Shown here one piece after another: positions 1-7,946 of a stretch of 64,000 bases of DNA. The DNA comes from an uncultured delta proteobacterium (lineage in GTDB: Bacteria > Desulfobacterota > Binatia > UBA9968): NCBI GenBank assembly GCA_963755715.1, contig CAVWLW010000017.1, positions 1-64,000 on the forward strand. Reading direction: 5' to 3'. The translations under genes were made by a program, and so were the position numbers. The notes beneath the pieces were generated by a model that was not told where the DNA came from, searched no databases, and worked only from the letters and a program-made list of their open reading frames with translations. Within the stretch, counting starts at the first letter, position 1. Each line of letters begins with the position of its first letter.

Positions 1-547
1 CGCCACGCCATAAGCCACGTCTTGCGTCACCACGCTGCCGACGATCTGCGGGCTCTGGGGATTGCTGATATCGATCACCCAGAGTCCATTTAAAGAGGGT
101 GGCCCACCCCGTTCGCGACGTAGGCGTAGGCCCCTGAGATGGCCACGTCATTGGCCGCGAACGGTGTGTCGACGCTACCGACGATCTGCGGGCTCTGGGG
201 ATTGGTGATGTCGATCACCTGGAGTCCGGAATCATAGTCCGCGACGTAGGCGTAGGTGCCTGAAACGGCGGCCTCACGAGCCCCGCCCGGCGTATCCACG
301 CTGCCGACGATCTGTGGGCTCTGGGGATTGGTGATGTCGATCACCTGGAGTCCAGAAGAGCCGGCCGCGACGTAGGCATAGAGTGCGATGGCCACGCCAC
401 TGGCCCCGCCCGGTGTGTCCACGCTGCCAGCCCAATGCAGATAATCTCGATAGTCGATGCACTCAGCGCCAACCGAGCTGAAGGAGCATACGCCCCGATC
501 GTTGCTGCCACGATGGCCAAAGTCGGGAAAGCGGAGACGCTCCCCAT
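1..547 (-). CDS. LVIVD-repeat (beta-propeller) secreted protein, partial, frameshifted
   Basis: Repeats of SGLQVIDITNPQSPQIVGSVDTP..A..VA.SG.YAYVA. Signal-like N-terminus MGSVSAFPTLAIVAATIGA at 547 lies in another frame; the repeat continues past the stop at 90 in a shifted frame and runs off the window. Confidence 0.75.
31..430. repeat. Coding tandem repeat (~126 bp LVIVD unit)
   Basis: Near-identical (c/g)acgct(g/a)ccgacgatctg(c/t)gggctctggggattg at 31, 171 and 297, with a partial copy at 420. Confidence 0.9.
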
Positions 548-595
548 CCATTGCAGTCTCCAACGAGGGTTCCTTCGAGCCCGCGCCCCCCTGGC

Positions 596-1009
596 CTACC
601 GCATACAAGACGAGCGCCCGCGTCTCCTCGTGCCCGCCGCTCTCGAGCCGATAGAAGTACTGCCCCGACGCCACTTGCTGCCCGCGCTCGTTCCGCCCGT
701 CCCAGCGCGCCGACGTCTTGCCCGGCCCCGCCGCCCCGTCGTACACGGTCGCGACGAACCGGCCGGCGGGATCGAAGATCCAGACCGCACCTGCTCGCGC
801 TGCGCCGTCTAGAAGCTCCGAGCACGGCGCCGGCGGCGGTCGCCGGGTTCGGGAAGCTCTGGAGGAGCCGCGGCCGCGCGACGGCGGCGATCTCCACCGG
901 TCCAACACCCACGTTCGCCGGGGTCGAGTTCGGATCCGCCGGGTTCGAGCCCGCGTCCCAGCTCGGTGCGGTCGAAGTAGCCGTCGATCGCGATCGATCC
1001 CGATCCGGG
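596..1009 (-). CDS. C-terminal fragment of a protein with FlgD Ig-like C-terminal domain, frameshifted
   Basis: PRLLQSFPNP followed (other frame) by IFDPAGRFVATV...WDGRNERGQQVASGQYFYRLES. Probable end LVLMR* at 596 after correcting one indel. Confidence 0.7.
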
Positions 1010-1390
1010 ACGCTGCAAGAACGCGCGAAAACGTTAACCGAATTGGTCGATGCGGCGCATTATTATTTGTCCGACAAAATCGTTCTTGAGGAAAAGGCGG
1101 AAAAAAAGTTTTTAACCAGAGACGCCGCCCCGCCGATTCAGAGCTTGATAGAGAAACTCGCGATGCTAAGCGAATTCACTGAGGCGGCGATCGAGCAAGC
1201 TTTCACGAATACGCTTAACGAATACGGCATACAGATGGGCAAACTCGCTCAACCTGTGCGAGTCGCCTTGACCGGCGCCACCGTGAGTCCCGGGATTCAC
1301 GATGTCATCGCGGTCCTCGGCAAAGAGCGCACGATTGACCGGCTGCGAAAGGCATTAGAATATATCCCGCAACTTGACTCGCCCAGCTAA
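1010..1390 (+). CDS. gltX: Glutamyl-tRNA synthetase, anticodon-binding C-terminal fragment only
   Basis: LQERAKTLTEL...MGKLAQPVRVALTGATVSPGIHDVIAVLGKERTIDRL is the GluRS C-terminus; catalytic domain (HIGH/KMSKS) absent; followed by tRNA-Gln/Glu. Confidence 0.85.
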   Translation, partial: TLQERAKTLTELVDAAHYYLSDKIVLEEKAEKKFLTRDAAPPIQSLIEKLAMLSEFTEAAIEQAFTNTLNEYGIQMGKLAQPVRVALTGATVSPGIHDVIAVLGKERTIDRLRKALEYIPQLDSPS

Positions 1391-1402
1391 TTCTTTTAGT
1401 TT
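1374..1402 (+). promoter_or_regulatory. Putative sigma70 promoter of the tRNA pair
   Basis: TTGACT-17 nt-TAGTTT ending 15 nt before tRNA-Gln. Confidence 0.55.
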
Positions 1403-1417
1403 TATCACTCGCGACTT

Positions 1418-1493
1418 TGAGGAGTCGGCTAATTGGTAAGCCACCTGACTCTGGATCAGGCGATTGAAGGTTCGAGTCCTTCCTCCTCAGCCA
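1418..1493 (+). tRNA. tRNA-Gln(CTG)
   Basis: Acceptor TGAGGAG/CTCCTCA, anticodon arm CCTGA-CTCTGGA-TCAGG, T arm GAAGG-TTCGAGT-CCTTC, encoded CCA. Confidence 0.97.
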
Positions 1494-1494
1494 A

Positions 1495-1569
1495 GGTCCC
1501 ATCGTCTAGCGGTTAGGACACCGGCCTCTCACGTCGGGAACACGGGTTCGATTCCCGTTGGGACCACCA
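1495..1569 (+). tRNA. tRNA-Glu(CTC)
   Basis: Acceptor GGTCCCA/TGGGACC, anticodon arm CCGGC-CTCTCAC-GTCGG, GGTTCGATTCC T arm, encoded CCA. Confidence 0.97.
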
Positions 1570-1698
1570 CGAATTTCTAAAAAAATTCTCCGCACCTCTG
1601 CTCAAACTGGCTCTCGTTCTCGCCAATCTTTTGGTGAATTGTGCTAAGTTGCGGTTCTGCCGTCTCAATGGCGGAACTTATTTCGAAGGAGTACCGCT

Positions 1699-2517
1699 GT
1701 GAAATTTGTCGGTAAAGGCCAACCCCTCACACGCGCGGGTCTGAACAAAGCACTGGCACTGCTCGGGCTCGGCGTCAATGATGCGGCTTACATTTGGACC
1801 GTCGTGGAAGTAGAAACTGCCGGACTCACCCAAGGATTTGGCTTTCGCGTCGATCGCCGGCCGCAAATCCTCTTCGAACGTCATATGTTTAGAAAATATA
1901 CGAATGGCCGCTTCGATGGCGCGGCCCCGGACATCTCCGGGCCGGCCGGCGGGTATGGTTTACTCTCTGAACAATATACCAAATTGGAAAAAGCGCTCTC
2001 GCTTTGTGCCAAGGCGAAGCTCGGTTCCGAGCCGGCGCTTAAATCGGCCTCGTGGGGCATGGGTCAGGTGATGGGATTCAATTGCGCGGGAGGCGGATAC
2101 AAATCCTGCGTTCGAATGGTTCAGGCCATGGTGCGCAGCGAGGATGCACAACTGGCCTGCATGGCGGGATTTCTTAAAGCCAACGGTTTAGCGGAAAAGC
2201 TTCTAAACAAGGATTGGACCGGCTTTGCGCGCATGTATAACGGCCCAAGTTACTGGCAGAACCGCTACGACATCAAGCTTGCCGAACAGTTTCAGCGCTT
2301 TGCCAGCGGCTCCCTGCCCAATCTAGAAATGCGCACCGCGCAAGTCGCGTTGCTCTTTCTCGGCTACGCACCGGGAAAGATTGACGGCATGATCGGTCCG
2401 CGCACGCGCGCCGCGATCAAAAACTTCCGCGTCACCGCGGGGCTTTCAGCCGGCGAAGAGCTCGACGGACCGACTTATCAGGCCTTGTGTAAAAAAGCTG
2501 CGATCCGCCCTTCGTAA
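1699..2517 (+). CDS. N-acetylmuramidase (DUF3380-type) with C-terminal peptidoglycan-binding domain
   Basis: VVEVETAG, PQILFERHMF, SASWGMGQVMGFN, FARMYNGP motifs; C-terminal LGYAPGKIDGMIGPRTRAAIKNF (PG_binding_1-like). Confidence 0.88.
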   Translation: MKFVGKGQPLTRAGLNKALALLGLGVNDAAYIWTVVEVETAGLTQGFGFRVDRRPQILFERHMFRKYTNGRFDGAAPDISGPAGGYGLLSEQYTKLEKALSLCAKAKLGSEPALKSASWGMGQVMGFNCAGGGYKSCVRMVQAMVRSEDAQLACMAGFLKANGLAEKLLNKDWTGFARMYNGPSYWQNRYDIKLAEQFQRFASGSLPNLEMRTAQVALLFLGYAPGKIDGMIGPRTRAAIKNFRVTAGLSAGEELDGPTYQALCKKAAIRPS

Positions 2518-2980
2518 TGATCGCGGCAGGCAATCGTTCCGGCCCCTGTTGATACCGTTATGACCGCCCGTCTTGTTTGCGAATATCTTTCGTTTCGTTA
2601 TCGCGATTATCTTATTTTTTGGTGTGGCCTCTTCCATGGCCATACCCGCACGCGGGAGCAAACGACGACACAGGGCTGGCTGATCTTTCAACCGACAGAT
2701 TTGCCGTTCTACTTGGGACTGGACGGATTCTGTCTCGGTTAACCCACCTTTTTTCAGCGCTGTGTTGGCGCGGTTGTCGATCGTACAGATCGCTAAACTA
2801 TCGTTATCATCACTCGGAGAGTGCTCGGGATTTTTCCTTCGGCCTGATCGCCACGGGCCATGACCCCATTTATGACCCACCTATAAGCCCGTTCAAGAAA
2901 CTTAGTAAAAAACTCCGCAAGCAACGCCGACCACGATTTCAGCCGCTGAGAGGTACGACGAACCACGTAGCTCAGAGCTT

Positions 2981-3277
2981 TCAGATCTTACCCGTAGATT
3001 TAAAATGGTCGATGCGGCTCTTGATGATCTCATTCAAATCTTGTGTTGCTACCTCATCAGCAACGGCCAGAGGTTCGGCACCCAGCCGGGAAAGCTGGTT
3101 GTTGATCAGGCGAAGAGTTGAGTGGAGACGCCTATACTCCTCCAATGACTTGTGACAATTTAGCAACCTGAGATCAATCCCTTCCATGCATTGACTGATT
3201 TGCCGAGCTTCGCCTTCTTGAAAAGCGCGCACAAGGTGCTCGAATGGTTGCTCTGACTTCTTGAACTCCTGCGACAT
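2981..3277 (-). CDS. Hypothetical helical protein, paralog of the C-terminal half of 7947..8498
   Basis: 98 aa ORF with upstream purine-rich RBS; alignable by eye to the 183 aa ORF. Confidence 0.8.
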   Translation of the reverse strand: MSQEFKKSEQPFEHLVRAFQEGEARQISQCMEGIDLRLLNCHKSLEEYRRLHSTLRLINNQLSRLGAEPLAVADEVATQDLNEIIKSRIDHFKSTGKI

Positions 3278-3380
3278 TTCAATCTTTCCTTTCTGGTGTT
3301 TTAATCTGCTTTGATTTTAATTGGTCACGATGCACGTTCTGTCAATTAACCCTTTCTAAAAAACACACGGCACTCTTACC

Positions 3381-4712
3381 TTAAGAAGGAATGATGATCT
3401 TCTGTCCGACGTATATGTAATCGGGATGTTTCATGGTCGACTTATTTGCTTGGTAGATCTTTTCCCAATTGAGCTGAGTTCCATAGTATTTACGCGCGAT
3501 CAAGCTTAACGTATCGCCAGGCGCCACCGTGTGTTCCGACGCTCCATTGGAAAAACCGGAAGGGGCACCTGATTTTGTCGTTCCTGCGATCGCTTTTGTT
3601 CTTTCAGTCCCGGGCGCGGAATTTCCGCTAATATTAGCCGGCGTGGAGCGTGGCTCTTCGCGGCTCGCCACGGCTACCGTAGTTTTATAGAGACGATCAA
3701 TAAATCCAGAGCCATCTAACTCTTTGATAAAAGTCAGGTCCACAAACTCCTCAGGCCGCGCCGCCGTGATTTTGGGATTGGTTGCAGCCATCTCCCGCAG
3801 CATGATTCCGATTCCGCGCAACGTGGGATATGGTTTCTCGGCTGTCAGTCTAAGCCCGACATCCTCGTAAACTTCCGTCAACACGTCAGTGTCGGACGTT
3901 CTAAGATACTTCGCTAGAATGGCCAAGGACTCGGCACGATGGGTTTTGTAATAATGAATTCCTTCCACATAAGCTTTCATCACGCTGCGGACCAACTCAG
4001 GCCGGGCCTTGATGAATGCCTGAGTAGTCGCCAAACCCGTGTGCTGATACTCGAGTCCCAGCATTTGCAGATCCGCCATCAGCGGCAGGCCCATGTTTTT
4101 TGCTCTTAGCGTAAAAGGCGCTGACAACATTGCCCCTTGGATCTTTCCGGTTTCGAGCGAGGCAAGGATCGCCGGCATGTTGCCGGCCTGCAGGATCGCG
4201 ACCTCTTTTTCGGGCGCAAGACCATATCTCTCAAGGGCATAACGCAATGCGAAGTCGGTAGAGGAACCAAACCGGGTAACGGCTACGATTTTTCCTTTTA
4301 GCTGGTCTGGTTGCTTGATGCTTTTATCAACGTACAATTTAAAGTTCAGCGTATTAATCACGCCCGCGATCATTACGACGTCTGCCCCCCGAAGACGACT
4401 TTGAATTACGGCTGCGCCTGCCATCTGAGCGAAGTAGACGTCTTTGGAAATCAGGCTTTGCACCGTTGTGGTTCCACTTTCTATAAACACGAGCTGCACA
4501 TCGAGGCCGTATTTACGGAAGAACCCGCGCTCATGGGTGATCCACAAGGGCGCCATGTTCCCTGAAAGGGAGCTATACGCGATGGTGACTTTCTCCAGCG
4601 GGCGCTCTGGCGCGCTCTCTGACGCATTAACGCCAGCGGGCAAGAGCACTGTCAAAATGAGAACTAGAATCAGCAACCAGCTACTGTTGCCCTGTTTGGA
4701 TTGCTTGTCCAT
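3381..4712 (-). CDS. NMT1/SsuA-like ABC substrate-binding protein fused to C-terminal LysM domain
   Basis: Signal peptide; GFFRKYGLDVQLV, QLKGKIVAVTRFGS; low-complexity linker; HTVAPGDTLSLIARKYYG...IYQANK...PDYIYVGQKIIIP LysM. Confidence 0.88.
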   Translation of the reverse strand: MDKQSKQGNSSWLLILVLILTVLLPAGVNASESAPERPLEKVTIAYSSLSGNMAPLWITHERGFFRKYGLDVQLVFIESGTTTVQSLISKDVYFAQMAGAAVIQSRLRGADVVMIAGVINTLNFKLYVDKSIKQPDQLKGKIVAVTRFGSSTDFALRYALERYGLAPEKEVAILQAGNMPAILASLETGKIQGAMLSAPFTLRAKNMGLPLMADLQMLGLEYQHTGLATTQAFIKARPELVRSVMKAYVEGIHYYKTHRAESLAILAKYLRTSDTDVLTEVYEDVGLRLTAEKPYPTLRGIGIMLREMAATNPKITAARPEEFVDLTFIKELDGSGFIDRLYKTTVAVASREEPRSTPANISGNSAPGTERTKAIAGTTKSGAPSGFSNGASEHTVAPGDTLSLIARKYYGTQLNWEKIYQANKSTMKHPDYIYVGQKIIIPS

Positions 4713-4739
4713 TTTCTTTCTCCTTCCTAAATCAGTGAC

Positions 4740-5522
4740 TCACGCTATTTCCCGGCCTAAGCGCAGCATGGCCGCCTTAAGGCTCGAACGCATGCGCTCC
4801 AGGGAACGAGCCAAGTCTCCAATCTCGTCGCGCGAGGTTACACACTCTCCGCCGACGGAGGTTTCGAGATCACCCATGGTGACCTTGTCGGCGATTTGTG
4901 TTAGGCCAACGATGGGTCGAACAATCCAGTGAGCTAACAGAAATGACAGAAGTGCGCCGACGAAAGGAACGATAGCAACTATTCCAATAACCGGAACGAG
5001 TGAGCGTCGGATCTCCTTTTGCACCGCATCAGCCCAAAAACCCACATGGACGATGCCCAGCTGTCCCTCTAGAACCGGCACCGCGGTTTCGTACACTGTT
5101 GCGTCTGCCAACAATAATTCTCGCCGGTGAACTTGGCGCTTTGCCCCGACAGAAAGTTCTTGCCGAAGTTCTTGGGGAAAAGTTCCAAAGGTATGAGCGA
5201 CGATTTCTCCCTCCCTATCTTGGACAAAAGCATAAGCCACGCCATCGAGAAGAGTATACTTTCTGGCGAGAGCGTGAAGCGCAAGAAGATTTCTGCCGGC
5301 GATATGTCCCGCGGTGGCATCACTGAAGTTGGTGGCTATCGCAAGCGCCCGTCTGTCGAGTTGATCTCGCAGTGTGCTTTGGGTGAGTTGATACACTGCG
5401 CCAATCACGAAAGCACCCAAGACTAGCATCACCCCTGTATAGATTCCGCCGATCTTCCATTTGAGGCCAACACGTCGCGATTCCTGATCCATTTTTTTAC
5501 TCCTAACAAGTAAAGCACTCAC
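4740..5522 (-). CDS. Two-TM membrane sensor with periplasmic domain and terminal HAMP, no output domain
   Basis: TM1, ~130 aa periplasmic region, TM2, then IVRPIVGLTQIADKVTMGDL...SRDEIGDLARSLERM and a stop ~14 aa later. Confidence 0.85.
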   Translation of the reverse strand: MSALLVRSKKMDQESRRVGLKWKIGGIYTGVMLVLGAFVIGAVYQLTQSTLRDQLDRRALAIATNFSDATAGHIAGRNLLALHALARKYTLLDGVAYAFVQDREGEIVAHTFGTFPQELRQELSVGAKRQVHRRELLLADATVYETAVPVLEGQLGIVHVGFWADAVQKEIRRSLVPVIGIVAIVPFVGALLSFLLAHWIVRPIVGLTQIADKVTMGDLETSVGGECVTSRDEIGDLARSLERMRSSLKAAMLRLGREIA

Positions 5523-6838
5523 ATCGTTTTGAGAGTGGCAATTTCGTGTATCATTTTTTTCTGGAAACTGGCTCTTATAGTTTCATTCAAAATTTCTCCG
5601 CTAACCCGCAGGATAAGTTCCGCGAGCTTTGCCTGCGGAAATGCATGGCGGCGTTCGCCGAGCGCAGAAATTTGATCACCCAGGATTCGATTGGCCATTG
5701 GCCCCATCGCTTCGGTGGCTGCGCGGGTCATACGATCAAAAAATTGTAGAGAAACGGCGGGACCTTTTGTGGCAATCCGGGACAGCGATACCCGGTCGGA
5801 CTCGCGAAGAGGAATGACGGGGGTTTCAGGCCGATCGTTCGTGTTCGCCTCGATACCGTTAGTTTCAGAGCGCTTTGGGTTAATTCTTGGGACGGGAGTT
5901 TTCATTCTGAGGGCTCCAACCTCCGAGGCTCCCATCTTTGCAGCTTCGCTTCCTTGCTCCAACGACAGACTCCCAGCTGCCCTCATGAGCATATAGGGAG
6001 AGACTTTCTTCCTGCCTGCCACGCTGGCCATGGCCAGTGAGTTATCACAGAGGATATTGATCAGTCGCGGCGTTCCTCCCGAATAGTGCCAGATGGCCTC
6101 AACCGCTTCTTTAGTAAAAATCTCTGGACCGTCATAACCTACGATCTGGAGACGGTGACGAATATAGTGGTCTATCTCGCTTGTCGTCTGCAAAGAGTAC
6201 AGACGATGATGAATCGCGATTCTTTGCTTGATGCGGCGCAAAGAGGATTTGCTCAATTTAGTCAGTAATTCGGGTTGTCCCACGAGCACGATCTGGAGGA
6301 GTTTTTCTTCATCCGTCTCCAAGTTTGACAGATCGCACAGACCTTCCAACGCCTCATCGCTAAGCTTTTGTGCTTCATCAATCAGCAGGGCTACGGTGCG
6401 ACCTGTTCGTAGCTGCTGACTAAGATAGTTATTCAATTCCTGAATCATCTCTAATCTGTTTTTGTCTTTGTTGCTTAGTCCCAGATTCTGGACCATCAAC
6501 TCCGTTAGTCCATAAGAAGTGAGATGACTATTTGAAACAAAAACAAAATGCACGCGCGTCTCGAGATGACGCATGAGCTTACGCAAGAGGGTCGTTTTAC
6601 CCGTTCCCACTTCTCCCGTGACAAGCATGAAACCTTTCTTGCTTTCAATTCCGTGAACAAGCGCCGCCAAACCCTCAAGGTAGAGAGGGTGGCCATAAAA
6701 AAACCGCGGGTCGGGCGTTACTCCAAAGGGCGTTTCTCGAAACCCAAAATGACTCTCAAACAGGGCTTTGTGTTCTTGAGAGCTGGGAAAGTCCGTCATT
6801 TGCTTCTCCTTTTCTAGTCGGTCATTGGATTTTGACAA
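5519..6838 (-). CDS. ExeA/GspA-family AAA+ ATPase with extra C-terminal helical domain
   Basis: HFGFRETPFGVTPDPRFFY, Walker A GEVGTGKT, Walker B LLIDEAQ, IVLVGQPEL, SGGTPRLINILCD. Confidence 0.92.
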   Translation of the reverse strand: MSKSNDRLEKEKQMTDFPSSQEHKALFESHFGFRETPFGVTPDPRFFYGHPLYLEGLAALVHGIESKKGFMLVTGEVGTGKTTLLRKLMRHLETRVHFVFVSNSHLTSYGLTELMVQNLGLSNKDKNRLEMIQELNNYLSQQLRTGRTVALLIDEAQKLSDEALEGLCDLSNLETDEEKLLQIVLVGQPELLTKLSKSSLRRIKQRIAIHHRLYSLQTTSEIDHYIRHRLQIVGYDGPEIFTKEAVEAIWHYSGGTPRLINILCDNSLAMASVAGRKKVSPYMLMRAAGSLSLEQGSEAAKMGASEVGALRMKTPVPRINPKRSETNGIEANTNDRPETPVIPLRESDRVSLSRIATKGPAVSLQFFDRMTRAATEAMGPMANRILGDQISALGERRHAFPQAKLAELILRVSGEILNETIRASFQKKMIHEIATLKTM

Positions 6839-7026
6839 ATTTCACCCTTTCCGTATCCAACTATCGGGACACGCTAGAAGTTCCTGCGCAATAAAATATT
6901 TGTCGTGACGAAGAAGATGGTGCGAGGAGGAGCAATTTGTAATTTTTCGATTTAGTTTTGTCAAGACAAAAAATCGTTACGACAAAATTTTTTTTGCGCC
7001 GAGCACTTCGCATCTGTTTATAGTGC

Positions 7027-7091
7027 TGTGGATGATGTCGATAAGAATACGTTATGTCTGCAAAACTGAACTTATTCACAGTTGTGGATAA
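7027..7091. promoter_or_regulatory. Cluster of three DnaA-box-like 9-mers
   Basis: TGTGGATGA 7027-7035, TTATTCACA 7072-7080, TGTGGATAA 7083-7091 (consensus TTATNCACA). Confidence 0.5.
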
Positions 7092-7136
7092 GTTTTGCCA
7101 GCGCAGAGTATTTTTTTCCTCTGGAAAAATTGCTCA

Positions 7137-7152
7137 AGGCATCACGGTTGCT
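7137..7152 (+). promoter_or_regulatory. Putative sigma54 -24/-12 promoter
   Basis: AGGCATCACGGTTGCT: GG-N10-GC with TTGC at -12. Confidence 0.4.
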
Positions 7153-7946
7153 GAACACGGCTAATTTTCGTTTGCTGAAAATAGGGAACGTATTTACCGA
7201 CCGGCTAACTGCCGAGCACTTTTCCGCTCCGTACTTGAAAATGCTTTCGGTGTTTCACTGATTTTCCGTAAGGCTCCGGTCCCATCGATGTGATGAAAAT
7301 GTCAAAAAAATGTCCTGTCAAAAAAAGAAAAAGGAGGGAAAGAGAAAAGGGGAGCAAATCTGCAGTTGAATAATTTTATAGTGACTCGCCGAAGGCTCAC
7401 CCGAGTCAGTTTAGCCGCGTTACCTGATGGGGGCAGCTTGCGATGTGAAGCGAAATCTTAATTTGCTCGCCTTCCAGATAAGACAAATCGCTCTTAACCC
7501 CGCTAAAGAATGACGCGCAGCCAGTCTTGCAGGCTATGTGCATACGTCGGCAGAAAAATTTTCTTAATCGGTTACTGACAGTCGTATCGGCAGCAGTTTT
7601 AAGGCCGATCACAAATCAAAATGAGGGTTCTTCAGCAGAATCGACAACTGAACAATCTGAGCCAGCCAGTCGACGGTTCTGCCAAGGTCGGACTGATTTT
7701 GCATCTTCCTGCTCTGATCGGTCTGCTTGCAGCGCGGTGTAGCGTGAGAATTCTTGCGCTGTCGCCAAGAGATGCTTTATCGGTGAAGGTGTTGTGAGCG
7801 GCGAGGCGCCCGGGGAGGATCAGGCGCTAGCCGAGTGCACCGCGAGTCAACAGCGCGGCGGATCTCACAAAACAAGTCCCTGCCACGGCCACAGAGAGCG
7901 GCTCGGTGAATTTTCTTTTAGCGCTCGGCCGGGTCGACTCGACCGG

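Noticed and set aside
31-430. LVIVD DNA repeats as a CRISPR array
   Set aside because: Period of ~126 bp, spacers similar to each other, and the unit translates to a protein repeat; no cas genes.
551-1009. N-terminal half of the 279 aa ORF as part of GluRS
   Set aside because: Arg/Pro-rich antisense translation of the FlgD fragment; GluRS similarity starts only at ~1010.
2446-2980. Overlapping ORFs between the muramidase and the 98 aa gene
   Set aside because: No recognisable motifs in any frame; cannot support a CDS.
7406-7940. Short ORFs in the large spacer
   Set aside because: No RBS or motif support; composition looks non-coding.
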